A DNA stretch of 64,000 nt from an uncultured virus (IMG/VR IMGVR_UViG_3300025767_000014) (IMGVR_UViG_3300025767_000014), one strand, 5' to 3'; shown: positions 45,050 through 56,376, counted from the stretch's first letter. The notes: generated from the sequence alone by a model not told the origin. Program-made: numbers and translations.

Positions 45050-47206
45050 ATGACAGCCCAAGGGTATAAAGAAAGTGTAACTGATGAGCAGTTAATTAAC
45101 TTAGTTGAAAGTGGCGTTAATAATTCCACTGGTGATTGGTTAAACTCTTCTGATCTTGCACGAGAAAGACTTAAAGCTACATATGAATATGCAGGTTTAC
45201 CTGTTGCTCATTTATCACCTCAAGGTGTTTCAGCAATTGTAGACACTTCAACGACTGAGGTTGTTGAAGCATACACCGCAGTTCTTTGTGATTTGTTCCT
45301 AAGCAATCAGCGCATTGGTCGATTCCTTCCATGGAACGATACCCCAGGTGCCTTTAAGGGCGCTAAAGATGCAGCGATGCTGGTGAACTACACAATTTTT
45401 AAACAGAATAATGGGTGGGAAATCCTAGAACAATGGATGAAATCCGCTTTACTATGGAAGAATGCGGTGATCCGTTGGGGTTATATTGAAGACTATGACT
45501 ATGTGTTTGAAGAATACGAAGAGATTAGTCAAACTAAGTTAGATGAAATCTTATCTGATGATAGCTTAGAAGTCGTAGGGGATCTAGAATTTGAAAACCG
45601 CGCTGTAGCCGGTTCAGATGGTATGGGACCTGAAGTTGAACTTGTATATATTAATGTACGTGTACGTAGAGAAATTAATAAATCTCGCGTTAAGTTAGAA
45701 CTTATCCCACCAGAAAATTTTCGTATTTCAAGAGACGCAACTTCAATTGAAGATGCTTCTTTTATCGGCATTCAAAACAGTATGACTCGGTCAGAGATTC
45801 GTAAGTTCTATCCAGAGATGGCTGAAGGAATTACTAATTGGGATGAGCTGACTAATGCCGCTGCTTGGACAGGGTCTTTAGATTATGCACAAGATGTAGC
45901 TGCAAGAAAACAAATTACTGGACAAGAATATTATCAAGGCTCAAACTCAATAAGCGAAACCCCATTAGAAGCAAGTCGTGAAATTACTGTAACCGAATGT
46001 TGGTTACATGTTGATCGAGATGGTGATGGTATCGCAGAGCTAAAGCATTTGATTATTGCAGGTTCACATATTCTTCATGAAGAAGATGCGGATCAAATCC
46101 CACTTGCAGATATTGTTCCTATTGATATTCCGCATGAGTTCTTTGGTTTGTCTATGGCAGACTTTACACGTAGCTCTACGCTGGCATCAACTGCAATCTT
46201 ACGTGGCTTTGTTGAGAATACATACTTAACAAACTATTCACCAAAGCTTGCCGATCCAAATGTTGTAGATTTCTCTGCGCTTCAGAATATGAAGCCGAAG
46301 CAAATCATACCAACTAATGGTAGTCCAGTAGGCGCTGTGGCTCAACTACCGCCAGAGGCAATCTCTACAGGTACTGTGCCACTGCTTGAACATCTTCAGA
46401 TGATTAAAGAACAAGCAACTGGAATGTCTAAAGCTGCACAAGGATTGAATGATACGCTATATGTATCAGGTAACTCAGAGCAAAAGCTTTCAGCTGTACA
46501 GTCTGCGGCACAGAAACGTATCCAGCATATTGCAAGACGATTTGCTGAAACCGGTTTTAAACGCCTTATTAATGGTGTGTATCATACTCTTAAGTCTTCA
46601 ATTAAGGGTGAGTTTACATATAATATGCAAGGGGTGTTTAATAAAATAGACATGACTATGCTTCCATCAAAAATGGAAGTAGAAGTACTTTTAGATATTG
46701 GTGAAAATTCCAATGCCACTAAAATTGCTAAGTTATCTAAAATTGGTGCAGAAATATTACCAGCCCTTAATCAACAAGGTGCGGGTATGGTTGTTAGACC
46801 AGATGCTCCAGCTATCTTAGCTACTAAATTAATTGAAGCTATGGATTTAGATAGTAATGATTTCCTTGAAGATTATACAACTGAGGAATTTAAACAAAAA
46901 GCAATACAAGCAATTCAACAACAATCTGATATGGCACAAGCAATGAAGCAGGCTGAACAACGTAAAGCTGATGCTGATATTGCACTTTCAGAAGCTAATG
47001 TTATGTATACTAATGCACAAACAAAGAATACCTTTGATGATAATTCAAAGCAGCTTGCTGTTGCAATTGATAAACATTTTCAGGAATGGGCTGATCTTAA
47101 TATTAAATCAGTTAAAGAAGGGGCTCCTCTTCCTCCACACCCTGACTATAAAGAAATCTTAATGATGGCACGTGGTCTATTACAACCACAACAACCACCT
47201 AGATAA
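45050..47206 (+). CDS. Portal protein
   Basis: 718 aa following TerL; IPPENFRI, DGDGIAE and PHEFFGLS; Gln-rich helical tail. Confidence 0.85.
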   Translation: MTAQGYKESVTDEQLINLVESGVNNSTGDWLNSSDLARERLKATYEYAGLPVAHLSPQGVSAIVDTSTTEVVEAYTAVLCDLFLSNQRIGRFLPWNDTPGAFKGAKDAAMLVNYTIFKQNNGWEILEQWMKSALLWKNAVIRWGYIEDYDYVFEEYEEISQTKLDEILSDDSLEVVGDLEFENRAVAGSDGMGPEVELVYINVRVRREINKSRVKLELIPPENFRISRDATSIEDASFIGIQNSMTRSEIRKFYPEMAEGITNWDELTNAAAWTGSLDYAQDVAARKQITGQEYYQGSNSISETPLEASREITVTECWLHVDRDGDGIAELKHLIIAGSHILHEEDADQIPLADIVPIDIPHEFFGLSMADFTRSSTLASTAILRGFVENTYLTNYSPKLADPNVVDFSALQNMKPKQIIPTNGSPVGAVAQLPPEAISTGTVPLLEHLQMIKEQATGMSKAAQGLNDTLYVSGNSEQKLSAVQSAAQKRIQHIARRFAETGFKRLINGVYHTLKSSIKGEFTYNMQGVFNKIDMTMLPSKMEVEVLLDIGENSNATKIAKLSKIGAEILPALNQQGAGMVVRPDAPAILATKLIEAMDLDSNDFLEDYTTEEFKQKAIQAIQQQSDMAQAMKQAEQRKADADIALSEANVMYTNAQTKNTFDDNSKQLAVAIDKHFQEWADLNIKSVKEGAPLPPHPDYKEILMMARGLLQPQQPPR

Positions 47207-47216
47207 GAGAGGATAA

Positions 47217-47555
47217 ATGGATAAATACCGTAAGACAGCTGAGACGAAGCTGGGTAATAATAAATCATACGGTAATCATAAAATCCATCCTGAAGAATTG
47301 GCGCGTCGTGCTCATGTAAAAGGGCACTTCGCCGCCAAAGAACGGGATGAGTTCTTTGATGAAGTATATGGTGAAGTCTTAATTGACTTCTTTATTGAGT
47401 GGCTTAAGACGGAGCCACATGAAACTAAATCTCGGGAGTTCCTCTACTCCTCTGCTATGGCGCTTGGTAGCGTCAAGGAGAGAATGATAAACTTCGAGAT
47501 GTATGGGAAAAATGTCCCGCACCTAATGGAGGATACAGATGAGTCGATTGATTGA
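47217..47555 (+). CDS. Hypothetical head-module protein
   Basis: GAGGA RBS; lies between portal and scaffold. Confidence 0.7.
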   Translation: MDKYRKTAETKLGNNKSYGNHKIHPEELARRAHVKGHFAAKERDEFFDEVYGEVLIDFFIEWLKTEPHETKSREFLYSSAMALGSVKERMINFEMYGKNVPHLMEDTDESID

Positions 47556-47736
47556 TATCGAAGCTCTACTTAAAAACTATAAAGAAATGATTAATACGCT
47601 CGAATACGATTCTATGCGCAGTGCAGGTAAAGCAAAAATTAATGCACAAACGTTAATGGATATGCATGCACTTGTTGAGCGATATGAACAAAAATTGAAT
47701 TCACAACGCAGCGCCCCAAAGAAGGAGGCTAGCTAA
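47539..47736 (+). CDS. Hypothetical protein
   Basis: GGAGG RBS; coupled. Confidence 0.65.
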   Translation: MSRLIDIEALLKNYKEMINTLEYDSMRSAGKAKINAQTLMDMHALVERYEQKLNSQRSAPKKEAS

Positions 47737-48842
47737 TGAGTATAGATACCAACGCAGAAATAGACTCTACCCCAATGGATGACTCTATTGCAGAGGTTAA
47801 TAATGGTCAAACTGAAGACGCCTTGCTGGCTGACATTGTACGAAATTCTGATTTCGTAGGATCTCTACCCACTGAGCAGGTACCTGAGTTAGACCCGGAA
47901 GAATCAAATGAAGAAGACCCAGAATCATTTGAGGAAGCCGATAGCGAAGAAGTTGAAGAGGATGTCGAAGAAGAAGAAGCCGATACAGAAGAAGAAGATG
48001 CCGACGATGAGTCCGCTACCGATGAATCTGATGTGTATGCTACTGAAGACTTAGACTTAGAAGCTAAAGTTGTTGTCAAAGTTGACGGCGAATTTACTGA
48101 AGTTTCTTTTGGTGATCTTATTAAAGGTTACTCTACTGAACAACATCTTTCTAAAAAGGGTCGAGAACTTGGTGACGCAAGAAAAGAATTGGAAGAAGAA
48201 TATCAAACTAAAGTAGAAGAGCTTAGTGTAATGTCTAAAGCATCTGCAGCTGTTTTATATTCTAATGAACAAGCGTTAGCAGCAGAATACCATGAGCTTG
48301 AAACAAAAATAGATAAGGCTCGTAAAGATGGTGATACCTATGAGGTAAGTGAACTCAAAGATAAGCGTGAGCAAGTCCAGAAAAATTATTGGGGTGCTCG
48401 TAAACAACGCGAAGGACTTGTAGAACAAATCTCTAAACAGGAACAAACAACGAATGAAGGTGAGTGGAAAGAGCAGCTAGAATACTTTAATAAAACTATT
48501 CCTACGCTAATCCCTGACTTCAATGAGGAAACTGCTGGAGCAATCCGTGCATTTGCTATTGAAGAAGGAATCTCTCCAGAAGTTTTAGATTCGATTGCTG
48601 ATCCTATTATTGTTAAGTTTGTAGATGATTATCGCAGACTAAAGCAAGGTGTTACTAAAGGCGCTGTTAAACGTAAGTCAACTCCAGCTAAGAAAGCCCC
48701 ACTTCGTAAAGCAAAGTCCGTTAATAAACAAAAAGAGGATGCACGTGAAGCTACTCGTAGGCGCACACTAAGTGGCCAAGCTTCACCCGAAGAAGAAAAG
48801 GATTTCTTAAGATCTCTTGCCGAACGCTCTTTAAACTTATAA
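47736..48842 (+). CDS. Capsid scaffolding protein
   Basis: Very acidic N-terminus, VKVDGE..VS..DL.KGY, coiled coil, basic C-terminus; directly precedes the capsid gene. Confidence 0.85.
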   Translation: MSIDTNAEIDSTPMDDSIAEVNNGQTEDALLADIVRNSDFVGSLPTEQVPELDPEESNEEDPESFEEADSEEVEEDVEEEEADTEEEDADDESATDESDVYATEDLDLEAKVVVKVDGEFTEVSFGDLIKGYSTEQHLSKKGRELGDARKELEEEYQTKVEELSVMSKASAAVLYSNEQALAAEYHELETKIDKARKDGDTYEVSELKDKREQVQKNYWGARKQREGLVEQISKQEQTTNEGEWKEQLEYFNKTIPTLIPDFNEETAGAIRAFAIEEGISPEVLDSIADPIIVKFVDDYRRLKQGVTKGAVKRKSTPAKKAPLRKAKSVNKQKEDAREATRRRTLSGQASPEEEKDFLRSLAERSLNL

Positions 48843-48863
48843 TACCTTGGAGGGTATATAAAA

Positions 48864-50000
48864 ATGTCAAGCACACTCGGTGTTCGTGGCACAGGCGGAC
48901 CACAAGGTCCAGCTCGTGGCACCGGCAAAGATGTTTCCCAGCGGGAAGATCTAGCCAACTTCATCACAATGATTACTCGTGATGAAACTCCTTTCATGTC
49001 ATCTGTTGGCAAAGCTAAAGCAACTGCAATTTATCACGAATGGCAGACAGACCAGCTCGATACTCCAGGCTCTTCACGCATTGCTGAAGGTACCGATTAC
49101 ATCGAGCCAACTGTATCTGGTGGTACCGGTAGTCCTGCTGTTGGCGATCGCTTTGCACGCACTGGTCCATACCGCACACGTCTGGGTAACTACACTCAGA
49201 TCAACGGTAAGACTATTGCTGTATCAGGCACACGCCGTGCAGTAGACCAGGCAGGTATTGCTGATGAATACGCATACCAGCTAAAGAAGCGCGGTACTGA
49301 ATTGCGTCGTGACGTTGAGCACGATATGGTTCACTCATTCAACGTATCTGCAGCTGTCGGTGTTCAGGGTAACACTGCACGTTCTGCTGGTGGCTACCAG
49401 TCATTCATCAACTCAGCTGATACTGTAGTATACGCTGGTCAGTGGGCAGCTCCTGCTACTACTGGTGATGGTACTCAAGTTGTTCGTTCATCCTTGACAA
49501 CAACTGCCGCCCCAACAGAAGGCTCATTGTCTCTGTCCGATATTGATGCTGTTATGCAGAAGATTTACGAGCAAGGTGGTAAGGCTACTAAAGTTATGCT
49601 TTCACCAAAACTGCGCCGTGACTTCTCTGACCTAGTACAGGCTTCTTCAAATGTTCAGCGTAACATTGATGAGTCAGGAAAGCTGCGTCAGTCTGTTGAT
49701 GTATACATGTCTGACTTTGGAGATCTCATGGTAGTTCCTAACTACATCATGGGTCTTGCTAATCAAGTCCAGTTCATCAACTCAAACGCTTCTCCTGCAG
49801 ACCTTGCATCGACTACTAACGTAGCTGACTTCTCTGCATTGATCTATGATCCAATGTGGTTCAATATTGCTACACTTCGTCCTATGCAGGAAGTTGATGT
49901 AGGCCAGAAGGGTGACTCAACTGTCGGTATGATGGTTGAAGAAACTACACTGGAAGTACGTAACCCATCAGGTTGCGGTGCTATCTACGGCTTGAACTAA
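48864..50000 (+). CDS. Major capsid protein (DUF5309/SU10-like)
   Basis: REDL..I....ETPF, HEWQTD, GNYTQI and SDFG; strongly biased codons; followed by a terminator. Confidence 0.9.
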   Translation: MSSTLGVRGTGGPQGPARGTGKDVSQREDLANFITMITRDETPFMSSVGKAKATAIYHEWQTDQLDTPGSSRIAEGTDYIEPTVSGGTGSPAVGDRFARTGPYRTRLGNYTQINGKTIAVSGTRRAVDQAGIADEYAYQLKKRGTELRRDVEHDMVHSFNVSAAVGVQGNTARSAGGYQSFINSADTVVYAGQWAAPATTGDGTQVVRSSLTTTAAPTEGSLSLSDIDAVMQKIYEQGGKATKVMLSPKLRRDFSDLVQASSNVQRNIDESGKLRQSVDVYMSDFGDLMVVPNYIMGLANQVQFINSNASPADLASTTNVADFSALIYDPMWFNIATLRPMQEVDVGQKGDSTVGMMVEETTLEVRNPSGCGAIYGLN

Positions 50001-50008
50001 GCTAATTT

Positions 50009-50039
50009 GAGGGAGGGTCTTTCGGCTCTCCCTCTTTTT
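50009..50039 (+). terminator. Terminator after the capsid gene
   Basis: GAGGGAGGGTC-TTTC-GGCTCTCCCTC-TTTTT. Confidence 0.85.
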
Positions 50040-50056
50040 ACTGTAGGGGAATTCAT

Positions 50057-50245
50057 ATGCCAAAAGTTGGAAATAAAGAATTTAAATATAATAAATCTGG
50101 TATGGCGGCTGCTAAAAAGTATGCTGACAAAACCAATCAAGAAGTTAAATATAAAGCAATGGGTGGTAATGTTGCCAGCTATTATGCTAAAGGTGGAAAA
50201 GTATCAGGCTGTATGTCTGCTCAAAACAAACCATCAAAATACTAA
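50057..50245 (+). CDS. Small basic protein
   Basis: MPKVGNKEFKYNKSG..AAKK; GG.V motifs. Confidence 0.7.
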   Translation: MPKVGNKEFKYNKSGMAAAKKYADKTNQEVKYKAMGGNVASYYAKGGKVSGCMSAQNKPSKY

Positions 50246-50265
50246 ACTAATCATTGGAGGTAGTA

Positions 50266-50487
50266 ATGCTAGTTATTAGAACAGCAAACGGGAACACTTA
50301 CCCCGCAGAAACATGTGTATGGCGTACAGGTGCAGTTGCATCTGGCGGTTACCAACTAACACACTTAGATATCGGTACACCTACTGTCGCAGTTGGTGCA
50401 ACTGGAACTGCAGCACCAACAGGTGCAGAGCTAGGCTATATTGGAAAGTCAGGTCGTTTTGTATCTTATACAGAACCCGCCGCTTAA
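50266..50487 (+). CDS. Hypothetical virion protein
   Basis: GGAGG RBS before MLVIRTANG. Confidence 0.65.
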   Translation: MLVIRTANGNTYPAETCVWRTGAVASGGYQLTHLDIGTPTVAVGATGTAAPTGAELGYIGKSGRFVSYTEPAA

Positions 50488-50503
50488 TTAAGGAACGAGG
50501 ACA

Positions 50504-50845
50504 ATGAGTAAAGAAACAGATTTTAAATTCCACAGTGCAACTGTGGGTGCAGAGAAAGGTATTAATGCTGGCTTTGATCTTCAATCAGGAGATTGGCAAG
50601 CAACACAAGATATAACCCAATATAAAGATCAGGCTAAACGCGATAGGGATCAGCAAGAGTACTATGGTATTCGTAAAGATGGTTATCGTAAGATGGCAAC
50701 CATTCCAGATATTGTAGCTATTAAGATTCTTCAGGATCATAACTTAGATTTACATGATCCTGCATTTATGCATGATCCAAATAATATGAAAAAATTAAAG
50801 ACTATCTTGATGACTGAATACCGTGATTTGCTTATTAATACTTAA
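50504..50845 (+). CDS. Hypothetical protein
   Basis: GAGG RBS; RKMATIP motif. Confidence 0.7.
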   Translation: MSKETDFKFHSATVGAEKGINAGFDLQSGDWQATQDITQYKDQAKRDRDQQEYYGIRKDGYRKMATIPDIVAIKILQDHNLDLHDPAFMHDPNNMKKLKTILMTEYRDLLINT

Positions 50846-50859
50846 TTAGGAGGCCCACT

Positions 50860-51741
50860 ATGGCATTGACTTATACCGAACTAGTGGCCCTTGTTCGTTC
50901 TTGGTGTAACAGAGATGAAGAAGTAGTAAGCGATGCTATTATTCAAGACGCTCTTAAATACGCTGCTGATAAAGCATATAGAATTTTAAGAGTTCCGCCA
51001 CTAGAGAATGTTGCTATTTACGAAGCGAGTCTTCTTGTTTCAGCAACTACTGGAACTACAGGGTTTCAACCTAGTAAGACAGAAATTCAATTACCATATG
51101 ATCTAATTGAATTTATACAAATTAAAGAAGTTGATTCTAATGGATTAACCATTCGGGTTTTTAATGAAAAGTTAGATATTAGATCCTTTAATGATACAAC
51201 TTCAGAAAAATATATAGGGAATAACTATTGGGCACGCGAAAGAAATGTAGTATATCTTTCCCCAGGCTTTGGATATTCTAATCAAGGAAGCAACGCAAAT
51301 ACTATTGAGTTATATTACTATCGCCGACTTCCCGCATTAAATGCAACTTATGCAGTTACAGTATTAAACTATAATGCAGGATTTCTTACAGTTTCTTCTG
51401 AAGGAGTTAGCGGTGCTGCAGCGCTATGGTTTAATAGCGATACTGGAAGTACAGCTTACGCAACTCAAGCTGCTGCCATTGCTGCCTCTGGAACTGGAAC
51501 GGTTACTTCTACATATTATGTTGGAAACACAACACCGAACTGGTTAAGAGATGAAAATCAAAGAGTACTACTATTTGGTGCCCTTGCAGAAGTTTTTGCA
51601 TACGTGCAAGAGGATGATCAAGCCGCGAAATACTTAGCAATGTTTCAGCAAGAGATTCTTGAATTAAATGATGAGGATGCTAAACGAAACGCATCAGGTG
51701 GAAACCTGCAGGTTAACTTTAATGGAAGAGGGTTAATATAA
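50860..51741 (+). CDS. Head-tail adaptor/tail protein
   Basis: TYTELV..V..W.NR, IELYYYRRLPAL, NWL..LLFGAL.E. Confidence 0.7.
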   Translation: MALTYTELVALVRSWCNRDEEVVSDAIIQDALKYAADKAYRILRVPPLENVAIYEASLLVSATTGTTGFQPSKTEIQLPYDLIEFIQIKEVDSNGLTIRVFNEKLDIRSFNDTTSEKYIGNNYWARERNVVYLSPGFGYSNQGSNANTIELYYYRRLPALNATYAVTVLNYNAGFLTVSSEGVSGAAALWFNSDTGSTAYATQAAAIAASGTGTVTSTYYVGNTTPNWLRDENQRVLLFGALAEVFAYVQEDDQAAKYLAMFQQEILELNDEDAKRNASGGNLQVNFNGRGLI

Positions 51742-53846
51742 TGACAGCAGCAAGACCAGGACAATTTACTGGCGCGACTGATAATCCCGCTAGCGGTGGA
51801 CTGTTTACTGATACACTTATTGACGGTATTCCAGATCTAGTTGGCGCAGATGTTTTAGCCGCGCAAACGGCAGCAACTAATGCTGCCACATCAGAAACTA
51901 ATGCAGCTACTAGCGAAACTAATGCAGCTACTAGCGCAACCTCAGCGGCTACAAGTGCAACTGCGGCATCTACTAGTGCAACAGAAGCTGCAACAAGTGC
52001 AACAGAAGCTGCGACAAGTGCAACCAATGCTGCAGCCGACGTTGCAAGTATTGCTGGCGCAGTGGACTCAGCAGCGACTAGCGCAACTAATGCTGCTGCA
52101 TCAGAGACAGCAGCCGCCGGTAGTGCAACATCAGCAGCTACAAGTGCGACTAGTGCTACAACACAAGCAAACACGGCCGTAACATCTGCGTCTGCGGCAA
52201 GTAACTCAGCAACTGCTGCAGCTACTAGTGCAACTAACTCGGCTAACTCTGCTACGGCTTCAGCTTCTTCAGCTACGTCTGCTGCAACCTCTGCTACTAA
52301 TGCAAGTAATTCAGCAAGTGCTGCGGCCACCTCGGCAACAAGCGCTGCTAATGCACAAACAGCAGCAGAAACTGCAGAGACAAATGCAGAAACTGCAGAA
52401 ACAAATGCAGCATCTTCAGCAAGCGCAGCAGCAACTAGTGCTACTAATGCAGCCACAAGTGCTACTAATGCAGCCACAAGTGCTACTAGCGCAGGTAATA
52501 GTGCTACTGCTGCAGCTACAAGCGCAACAAATGCAAGTACCTCAGCTACTGCAGCTGCTGCTTCGGAAGCTGCTGCTGCAGGTTACGTAGATAACTTTGA
52601 TGACAAGTACCTTGGTGCTAAGACATCAGATCCAACTGTTGACAATGATGGTGACCCTTTAACTGATGGTGCATTGTATTACAATACAACTGACAACCGC
52701 ATGAAGGTATACGATCTTGGAACTACTACTTGGTTGTTTCTAGCTCCTACTAATGCAGAGCAAACAAACATCAATACAGTAGCAAATGATATCACTAATG
52801 TGAATACTGTTGCTACTAACATTACAGATGTAAATAACTTTGCAGATACATATTTTATTTCAGCAACGGCACCAGGCAGCCCAACTGAAGGTGATTTATG
52901 GTTTGATACATCAACAGATACTATGAAAGTTTATAATGGGGGTAGCTGGCAAAATGCAGGCTCCTCGGTAAACGGAACAAGTCAAAGATATAATTATACA
53001 GTAGGTACGGCAAGTGGAACCTATACCGGTTCAACTACAGTATTTCCTGCTATATATGATGTAGGATTTGTAGATGTATATCTTAATGGTATTAAACTAG
53101 TAGTGTCAGATGATTTTACTGCAACTAATGGATCTTCAATTGTTTTAGCTACGGCTGCAAGTTCTGGAGATTCAGTTAATATTATTGGGTATGGAACATT
53201 TAGTTTAGCTAATGTAGATGCTGTAACCCTTGATGGTATAGATAGCACACAGTTCCTTCGTAGCGATGTAGCCACCACAGCCACAGGTATAACAGTCACA
53301 GGCACGGTGGCGGCTGAAGTTTTAAGTTTGAATGGCTCTGCTAACACTTTATTACAACTTGAAAGCACTGATTCTTTTGCTGGATTATCAATGGCAGATA
53401 CAACTGGGTCTGTTGTAATGCAAACTGCCAATGGTTATGTTAGGTTTCTAACAGGTGGTGACGCTAGTACTGCTGGCGTTAATGCCGCAGAAGCAATGCG
53501 TATCGACAGCAGCGGCAAAGTAACAATTAATAAAACAGCTGTTGCTGGTTCACAAACTGCTAGTATTACTGGAAGCACAACGCTGGACTTTGGAACATAC
53601 CAAAACTTTATCTTAACACTAACAGGTAACATTACACTAGATAATCCTACAACAGAACAAGTAGGACAGTCAGGTTTTATTACATTCATTCAAACAGGTG
53701 GCTACACGGTATCTCTTGGAACAGACTACGAGACTGCTGGTGGGGCCGGTATTACACTCTCTGCTAGTGGAACGGATGTAGTTCCGTACATCGTAGCAGC
53801 TTCAGGACGTATCCTACTAGGCGCACCACAACTTGCATTTGCATAA
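51741..53846 (+). CDS. Tail fibre protein with Ala/Ser/Thr heptad repeats
   Basis: (AATSATN)n stalk, FDDKYLG..DNDG..GALY, GDLWFD, LDGIDSTQFLRSD. Confidence 0.8.
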   Translation: MTAARPGQFTGATDNPASGGLFTDTLIDGIPDLVGADVLAAQTAATNAATSETNAATSETNAATSATSAATSATAASTSATEAATSATEAATSATNAAADVASIAGAVDSAATSATNAAASETAAAGSATSAATSATSATTQANTAVTSASAASNSATAAATSATNSANSATASASSATSAATSATNASNSASAAATSATSAANAQTAAETAETNAETAETNAASSASAAATSATNAATSATNAATSATSAGNSATAAATSATNASTSATAAAASEAAAAGYVDNFDDKYLGAKTSDPTVDNDGDPLTDGALYYNTTDNRMKVYDLGTTTWLFLAPTNAEQTNINTVANDITNVNTVATNITDVNNFADTYFISATAPGSPTEGDLWFDTSTDTMKVYNGGSWQNAGSSVNGTSQRYNYTVGTASGTYTGSTTVFPAIYDVGFVDVYLNGIKLVVSDDFTATNGSSIVLATAASSGDSVNIIGYGTFSLANVDAVTLDGIDSTQFLRSDVATTATGITVTGTVAAEVLSLNGSANTLLQLESTDSFAGLSMADTTGSVVMQTANGYVRFLTGGDASTAGVNAAEAMRIDSSGKVTINKTAVAGSQTASITGSTTLDFGTYQNFILTLTGNITLDNPTTEQVGQSGFITFIQTGGYTVSLGTDYETAGGAGITLSASGTDVVPYIVAASGRILLGAPQLAFA

Positions 53847-53858
53847 GGAGATTGAACT

Positions 53859-56372
53859 ATGAGTATTGTTGGTTCAGAACAATGGATGTATAATGCTGGT
53901 GGCGATTTCTATCCATACACGATAGACCAATCTCTACGGTTCGATGCTGGGGGAAGCTCTTACCTAGAAAAGACGTTCGGCGCGACAGGCAACGCTAAGA
54001 CTTTCACCATCAGCTTTTGGTGGAAGCGGAGCCGTACCGACACAGCGGAATACTTATTTGCTGGTGGTAATGACGTAAACGACCGATTTCATATGGACAT
54101 CAACGCCAGTGGTACGTTTCAGATTGAGGCCAAGAATGGCGGCTCACAAGCTCTCAAGATGGAGGGCGGTCCTGTACTGCGGGATGTCAGTGCGTGGTAT
54201 CACTTTGTGCTGCGTGTTGACACAACACAAGCTACTGCGTCTGACCGTGTTAGGCTCTACAAGAACGGTGAGTTGCTAACATTTAACAGTAACAGCTACC
54301 CATCTCAGAATACAAACTTGAACTGGAACGTCAACGACCAAGTACGAATCGGGCGGTCTGGGTGGGCCACTGATTATTTCTCTGGCTATATGGCTGAGTT
54401 TATTAACGTGGACGGTCAGTCACTTGGCCCAGACAGCTTTGGTGAGTTTAAGTCAGGCATATGGATTCCATCCGATTACAGCGGCAGTTACGGCACTAAC
54501 GGATTCAAACTGGCGTTTCAGGATAGCGCCGCATTGGGTGACGACACAAGCGGTAATGGTCACGATTTCACAAGCAGTGGCTTGGCTGCACACGACCAGA
54601 TGCCAGACAGCCCAACTAATAACTTCCCGACATTTCCAAAACTAGCACTTAAAGGTGCAGGGCATACACAGCATCTACAAGGTAATCTGCAACTCTACCA
54701 GCCATCTTGGGGTGGTTGGGACGTACGCATAGCAAGCAGTAATATGCCAGCATCAGGAAAATACTATTGGGAAGTATATCCAGCGCAAGGAAACTTTCCT
54801 TTTGGTCAGGGTGGCTTTACGCTTCAGTTTGCCAACATTCGTGGCAATGAGAATATGTCAGGCTTTCCCCAATTTGGTGCGCCACTGGCGTACTTCTATG
54901 GCGGTGGAATGGGTGAGTACCGTGTAAATCCCGGATGGGTAAATTATACTCGTAGCGGTAGTTTTGCTTACACGGTAAATAGCACGGTCTTTCAGGTGGC
55001 TGTTGATTGTGATAACAATAAGTTATGGTACGGCATTAATAACTCTTGGATGGGTGTGAGTGGTACAACAGTCACGGCAGGTACAGGCAACCCTGCAACT
55101 GGTTCTAATGGTCAGGCAATTGCTGGTGATGTTACTGATTATGTCTTTGCGGCACAGTGTGCTGACCAAACAACATCATGTCGTCTTGGCATTAACTTTG
55201 GGCAAGACAGCACATTTGCTGGCTACAAGACTGCTGGCGGCAACGCTGATGAGAACGGCTACGGTGACTTTGCCTATGCACCACCGTCTGGCTTTGTTAC
55301 CTTGTGTTCACAGAATATGCCGACAGGTGCTATCAACACGCTGGCTGATGAAACGCCAGAGGATTATTTTAATACGGTGTTGTATACTGGGACAGGCGCA
55401 AACAATAGTATTACTGGCGTTGGTTTTCAGACTGACTTTTTGTGGTTGAAGCAACGTAATGCGGTTGATAATCATGTACTTTTTGATGTTGTTCGCGGTG
55501 GCCCATCAAACGAACTCTATGCAAATTTAACAAACGCAGAAGCCGCATCAACTGGTGCATTAATATCATACGACAGTGACGGCTTTACTTTAGGTGCTAG
55601 TGGTGATTTAGGTCGCTACAACGAAAACGGTTCAACCTACGCCGCTTGGAACTGGAAAGCTGGCGGCACAGGCGTATCCAACACCGATGGCAGTATTACC
55701 AGCACAGTGAGTGCGGGTGCTACTAGCCAGCAGAACTGGTTTAGTATTTCACAGTACACTGGAACTGGGTCTTCTATGACTTTTGGACACGGCTTGGGCG
55801 TTAAGCCAGATTTGTTTATAGTTAAGAAAACTAATAGTTCTGATGAATGGATTGTTTATCCATTAGGTGCGACAGGTAATCTTACTCAATACTTGAAACT
55901 GCACTCGACTACTGGTTACACAAGCGATTCTGTTTTACAAACAGCAAATAGTTCTGTGCTAGGCTTTGGTTCAAGCGGTGCAAGAAATGGAAGTGGTGAC
56001 GATTACATTTGTTATGCCTTTGCAAATGCTGAAGGAATGTGCAAGGTGGGGTCATATGTGGGCAATGGGTCGTCAGATGGCTCGTTTATTAACATAGGTT
56101 TCCGTGCTGCGTTTGTGCTGACTAAGAAGTCAAGCGCATCTGGCGAGTGGGTAATGTGGGATAACAAAAGAAGTGGTTACAATGTAGACAATGACTTTCT
56201 TTATGCTAATGCCTCAAACTCTGAATACAACGGCGCATCATACCCCCGCTTAGACCTAGTATCAAACGGTTTCAAAATGAGGGACAATAGCGCAGATACT
56301 AATGGTTCTGGCGCAACCTACATCTACTTAGCCATAGCCGAACAACCATTCAAATACGCAAACGCGAGGTAA
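53859..56372 (+). CDS. Tail fibre/receptor-binding protein with LamG/ConA-like and SPRY-like domains, allele B
   Basis: SLRF..TISFWWKR..RDVSAWYHFV (LamG-like); SGKYYWEV..VAVDCDN.KLWYG..NFGQ (SPRY-like). Confidence 0.8.
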   Translation: MSIVGSEQWMYNAGGDFYPYTIDQSLRFDAGGSSYLEKTFGATGNAKTFTISFWWKRSRTDTAEYLFAGGNDVNDRFHMDINASGTFQIEAKNGGSQALKMEGGPVLRDVSAWYHFVLRVDTTQATASDRVRLYKNGELLTFNSNSYPSQNTNLNWNVNDQVRIGRSGWATDYFSGYMAEFINVDGQSLGPDSFGEFKSGIWIPSDYSGSYGTNGFKLAFQDSAALGDDTSGNGHDFTSSGLAAHDQMPDSPTNNFPTFPKLALKGAGHTQHLQGNLQLYQPSWGGWDVRIASSNMPASGKYYWEVYPAQGNFPFGQGGFTLQFANIRGNENMSGFPQFGAPLAYFYGGGMGEYRVNPGWVNYTRSGSFAYTVNSTVFQVAVDCDNNKLWYGINNSWMGVSGTTVTAGTGNPATGSNGQAIAGDVTDYVFAAQCADQTTSCRLGINFGQDSTFAGYKTAGGNADENGYGDFAYAPPSGFVTLCSQNMPTGAINTLADETPEDYFNTVLYTGTGANNSITGVGFQTDFLWLKQRNAVDNHVLFDVVRGGPSNELYANLTNAEAASTGALISYDSDGFTLGASGDLGRYNENGSTYAAWNWKAGGTGVSNTDGSITSTVSAGATSQQNWFSISQYTGTGSSMTFGHGLGVKPDLFIVKKTNSSDEWIVYPLGATGNLTQYLKLHSTTGYTSDSVLQTANSSVLGFGSSGARNGSGDDYICYAFANAEGMCKVGSYVGNGSSDGSFINIGFRAAFVLTKKSSASGEWVMWDNKRSGYNVDNDFLYANASNSEYNGASYPRLDLVSNGFKMRDNSADTNGSGATYIYLAIAEQPFKYANAR

Positions 56373-56376
56373 TATT

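Noticed and set aside
51719..52477. 252-aa antisense ORF (VALVAA repeats) and other antisense ORFs in the track
   Set aside because: Shadow frames of repetitive or codon-biased genes on the opposite strand.
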